A stretch of 64,000 bases of DNA from Eukaryota sp. GEM-RC1 (Eukaryota), in the NCBI GenBank assembly GCA_040285855.1, contig JAUFOQ010000017.1:186001-250000 (forward strand). The letters run 5' to 3'. Below are positions 60,896-64,000 of the stretch, in pieces. The notes beneath the pieces were generated by a model that did not search any database, was not told the origin of the DNA, and worked only from the letters and a program-made list of their open reading frames with translations. Within the stretch, counting starts at the first letter, position 1. Each line of letters begins with the position of its first letter. The translations under genes were made by a program, and so were the position numbers.

Positions 60896-62510
60896 ATGTT
60901 TACTTCCTCTCTAGTTAACCCTGAGTTTCTATCTAAACGGTCATCTTCCTCAAAATTTAATGTATATAAAACTGCACTTTCATCTTTTGAGTCTCTATCA
61001 TCTCAAGCCTTAGAACAGTTCCAGTCTAGAAACTTCCCATTGGCTTTTGATCTAGCTCAGAAATGTCTTACCTTTGCATCATCAAAGAACTTTCCCGATG
61101 GAAAAACAGTTAACATTCGTTTGATCTTGGTGACATCTGCTATTTATACATCCTCATTGTCAACACAAGAACTACAGTGTCACTTCTCCAATCTCAGTCG
61201 TCTGCTTTCCTTCATCTCTGCCAACAAACCTCTCTATATTCTTTACCTTCAGACTCTTGCTCTTTTCGAACGTCAATGCAACAACATAAACTCTGCTATT
61301 TCCTGCTATAAACAAGCCATTTCTGTCTACTCCTCCACCATTTCTACACTGCACCCACCACCTGCCTCCTCCCTCATATTCTCTCTTCACAAGGACTTAG
61401 CAATGACCCACCTCCTTTTCTCCTCTTCCGATCACATCTCATCTGCTGCTGGACATCTGCTTCAATGCACGGAAATGTCAGAGCCAGAATCAGAACTTGC
61501 TTCAATCTATTTATCTCTTTCTTACTGTTTTTCTTCCTTATCTCTTTTCTCCAAAGCATTAAGATATATTGATAAACTTCTTGATATTGATTCCCTTTCG
61601 AAAGAGGAGAAGCTATCTGCATTGGTGATTCAAGCCAAATGTCTTTTATACTTGAATAATCACGATGATTGCTTACGTGTTGCTGAGACAGGTATACAAC
61701 TAGCGGAAGCAGATGGAGATTATCTCAAATATTTAAATTTTTGCAATATTTCAGGGTGGATCCATCTGCATAATCAAAATGAACGACAGTGTTTGTTTTT
61801 CTTTAAGTCTGTACAACACTTTGAAAAGTGTGAAATTCAAAATTTTGAGTTGTATTCCGATGAATATTTTAATATTGTTAATGAAAGTTTGCTGGGATTG
61901 AGTTGGCTTTACTTTAGAAGCTCAGAATTTTTAAAAAGTTTGAATATTTTGAATCAATTTTCCATGTCAAACACTTCCAAGCAACTATTGATCAGCTTCT
62001 ACAAATGCAAAATTTTAAATTTGTTCAATCTACAACACTTCGAACAAGCTCAAGAAATTGCCCTCACTGCGACTTCTCTTTTCAAAGAATCTGAAGATAC
62101 CTTTCTAGCCTTTCTATATTCCATTCTGGGTTGCATCTACCAATGTACAAATGACACTATTGCCGCTCTTAATTCCTTTAGAAAGTCAATTGTTCTACTA
62201 AGGAAGTCTTCGGATTCCAATGAAAAGATTTGCTGGTGATTCAGTCACTAACTGCTGGTGTTTTAGCTTCACTTGGTCAAGTTGAAAAAGCTAAACATTT
62301 GTTATCACAAGTTCATGACCGTAGAATTGTTCTTTTGGATCTCAATCAGCGGAAGTTGCTTATTCTAAGAGGAATTTAGCAGTTTTAGGATACTCATTAG
62401 GGGAAAACTGTATTGGACGGGAATTGCGAATGACTTTGAAAATATTTGAAAAATTGAAAATGGCAAAAGAAGCGTCTGAAACGAGAACTCTACTTAGCCA
62501 ATTAAAATGA
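60896..62510 (+). CDS. TPR-like helical repeat protein; C-terminus frameshifted, end approximate
   Basis: AISCYKQAI, IYLSLSYCF..KALRY, LYSILGCIY..ALNSFRKS. Confidence 0.6.
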
Positions 62511-63063
62511 TTGATTTGATGACGCCTCTGATTTTTTTCAAAAATTTTCAATCTACTTCTCTATTATTTAATCTTGTCGAGTATTTGTTTCATTATTTAC
62601 AATTCCGTTACAATTTACTCAAAGATATAGGCAATCTGCGATATATATTAATAGTAAAATGTCAAACTGAAACAAAGAGCAAAAATACCGAATTTACTTT
62701 AGTCTATACTTAATTTGGCATTTGGAAACTTCCCGTAGTATCTTTACATTCAGATAAAATCTCATCTACCTCTATAATTCTTTTCCCCTCTTTAAAGAAG
62801 TACTTCTTCTTAGCAGCATCATAGGAAACCTTCTTCATTGACACTTTATCAGGATTCTCCATTCCCAGTTCTGTTCGTTGATTGCGATCTCTGGGTCTTT
62901 CATCTAATAAAAGAGCTCATCTCCTTTTTCAATGATGTGATATCGGAAAGAAGATTCGGGAGGAGGAAATACACTGTGAGACATTTGATTGGATAAGGAG
63001 ATGAAACAGCTGAATACAACTTAGCAGGTATCTGTAACTCTTCCTTTAGATAACGACTCAGAC

Positions 63064-63588
63064 CTACGGTTTGTAACCTAAAGTAAGTAAATGGAGGAAT
63101 AACAAACATTTGCTTGAGCATCGGATGGGTAAACATCGAGACAGTAGTGGATCATCATTATGGACAACTAAAATCTCTACTTCACTACTTTTGCACCGAG
63201 GGAAGCAGGCCCCATCTTTAGTTGCAAAGAGACCGCCACGTTTCTTATGGATCGAGTCACATGCATCCACGTCATCAGGGAGAGGACTGAAGAAGTTGGT
63301 CCATACAGCAGTGGTCACAAGAAGAAGTCCTATAATGATTAGAATGAGAGTGACTTTGGAGATTCGGGGATTAGGGTTCTGTTGAAGGGAGCTGATGGCA
63401 TAATAGAAGGCATATACACAAACTACAAGGGCCAAGAAATGGGGAATGTGATGGTAACGACCAGCGATGATTACACTGTGTAAAGCAATGAAAACTCCAA
63501 CAACAAAGATTGTTAGAAGGACTAGCAGGACGATATTACGTGTCTGGCGTCTTTTTGGTAACAAAGGAACGGTGTATTCTTCAAACAT
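63064..63588 (-). CDS. Three-TM membrane protein with Cys-rich C-terminal domain, copy 2; probable intron 63078..63107
   Basis: Paralogue of 29079..29606 with an intron at the same position. Confidence 0.75.
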   Translation of the reverse strand: MFEEYTVPLLPKRRQTRNIVLLVLLTIFVVGVFIALHSVIIAGRYHHIPHFLALVVCVYAFYYAISSLQQNPNPRISKVTLILIIIGLLLVTTAVWTNFFSPLPDDVDACDSIHKKRGGLFATKDGACFPRCKSSEVEILVVHNDDPLLSRCLPIRCSSKCLLFLHLLTLGYKP

Positions 63589-64000
63589 AGCTCGAGCTGA
63601 TGGTGGTGAAGTTGGAAAATTTGATGAACTTCATCTTCATGTTGTACTATAGTTCGAGTGTAGTTCTAGTTCATTGTTCTTCTACTCTCCATAAATATAC
63701 ACAATTTGGATACACAAATTGTGTGCAATTAGTGACGTAACTTAAATAGAGTCAAGTATCTTGTTACATCAACTAAGAAATACCAAAGAAGTGATTTACG
63801 TGGTATAGACTAGTACACCATAGTGTCGTTTTGAATGGACTAGCTGTGATGAAACCATGTGTAAGAATTGTTTTAAGATCAATATAGATCTCCTACTTAA
63901 GATAACACAACTTTCGTTGAACAAATTTGAAATCATTTATTCCGCAGCTTTTGGCTTTTCAGAACCTAGACGAGAGAGATCATCCATGAATTCCTTAGAA

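Noticed and set aside
62900..63136. Extra exon extending the 63064..63588 protein
   Set aside because: Both paralogues end in the same CYKP-stop, so no extension is needed.

Overview
AT-rich, gene-dense eukaryotic DNA, most likely a protist. Introns are tiny (26-33 nt) and divergent promoters are very short. The LRR expansions and gene style suggest a free-living metamonad-like flagellate, but the organism cannot be established from this window. Many genes are split by single-base indels, nearly all in homopolymer runs and in both directions, so the assembly looks like imperfectly polished long reads. Host genes: RADX-like OB-fold protein, small SNARE, WDR33/Pfs2, ValRS, RIIa-domain protein, ORC4-like AAA+, a giant LRR protein, BRAP2, a RING/B-box/LRR protein, nitroreductase, CatSper-like channel, two SBDS paralogues, GT8, CDK, TPR proteins, a four-domain EEEE cation channel, a VPS9 protein, three copies of a secreted two-domain Cys-rich protein and two copies of a small membrane protein. 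Intergenic DNA holds many non-autonomous hAT-type elements with 8-bp TSDs, some nested, plus fragments of RLE-type non-LTR retrotransposons. The stand-out locus is 24349-28291 (minus strand): a Fanzor1-type (eukaryotic TnpB) RNA-guided nuclease with an intact RuvC D/E/D triad and zinc finger. It is fused in frame to an N-terminal family-B DNA-polymerase 3'-5' exonuclease-like domain and preceded by a repeat array resembling a transposon end. All family calls come from motif recognition by eye; no searches were run.
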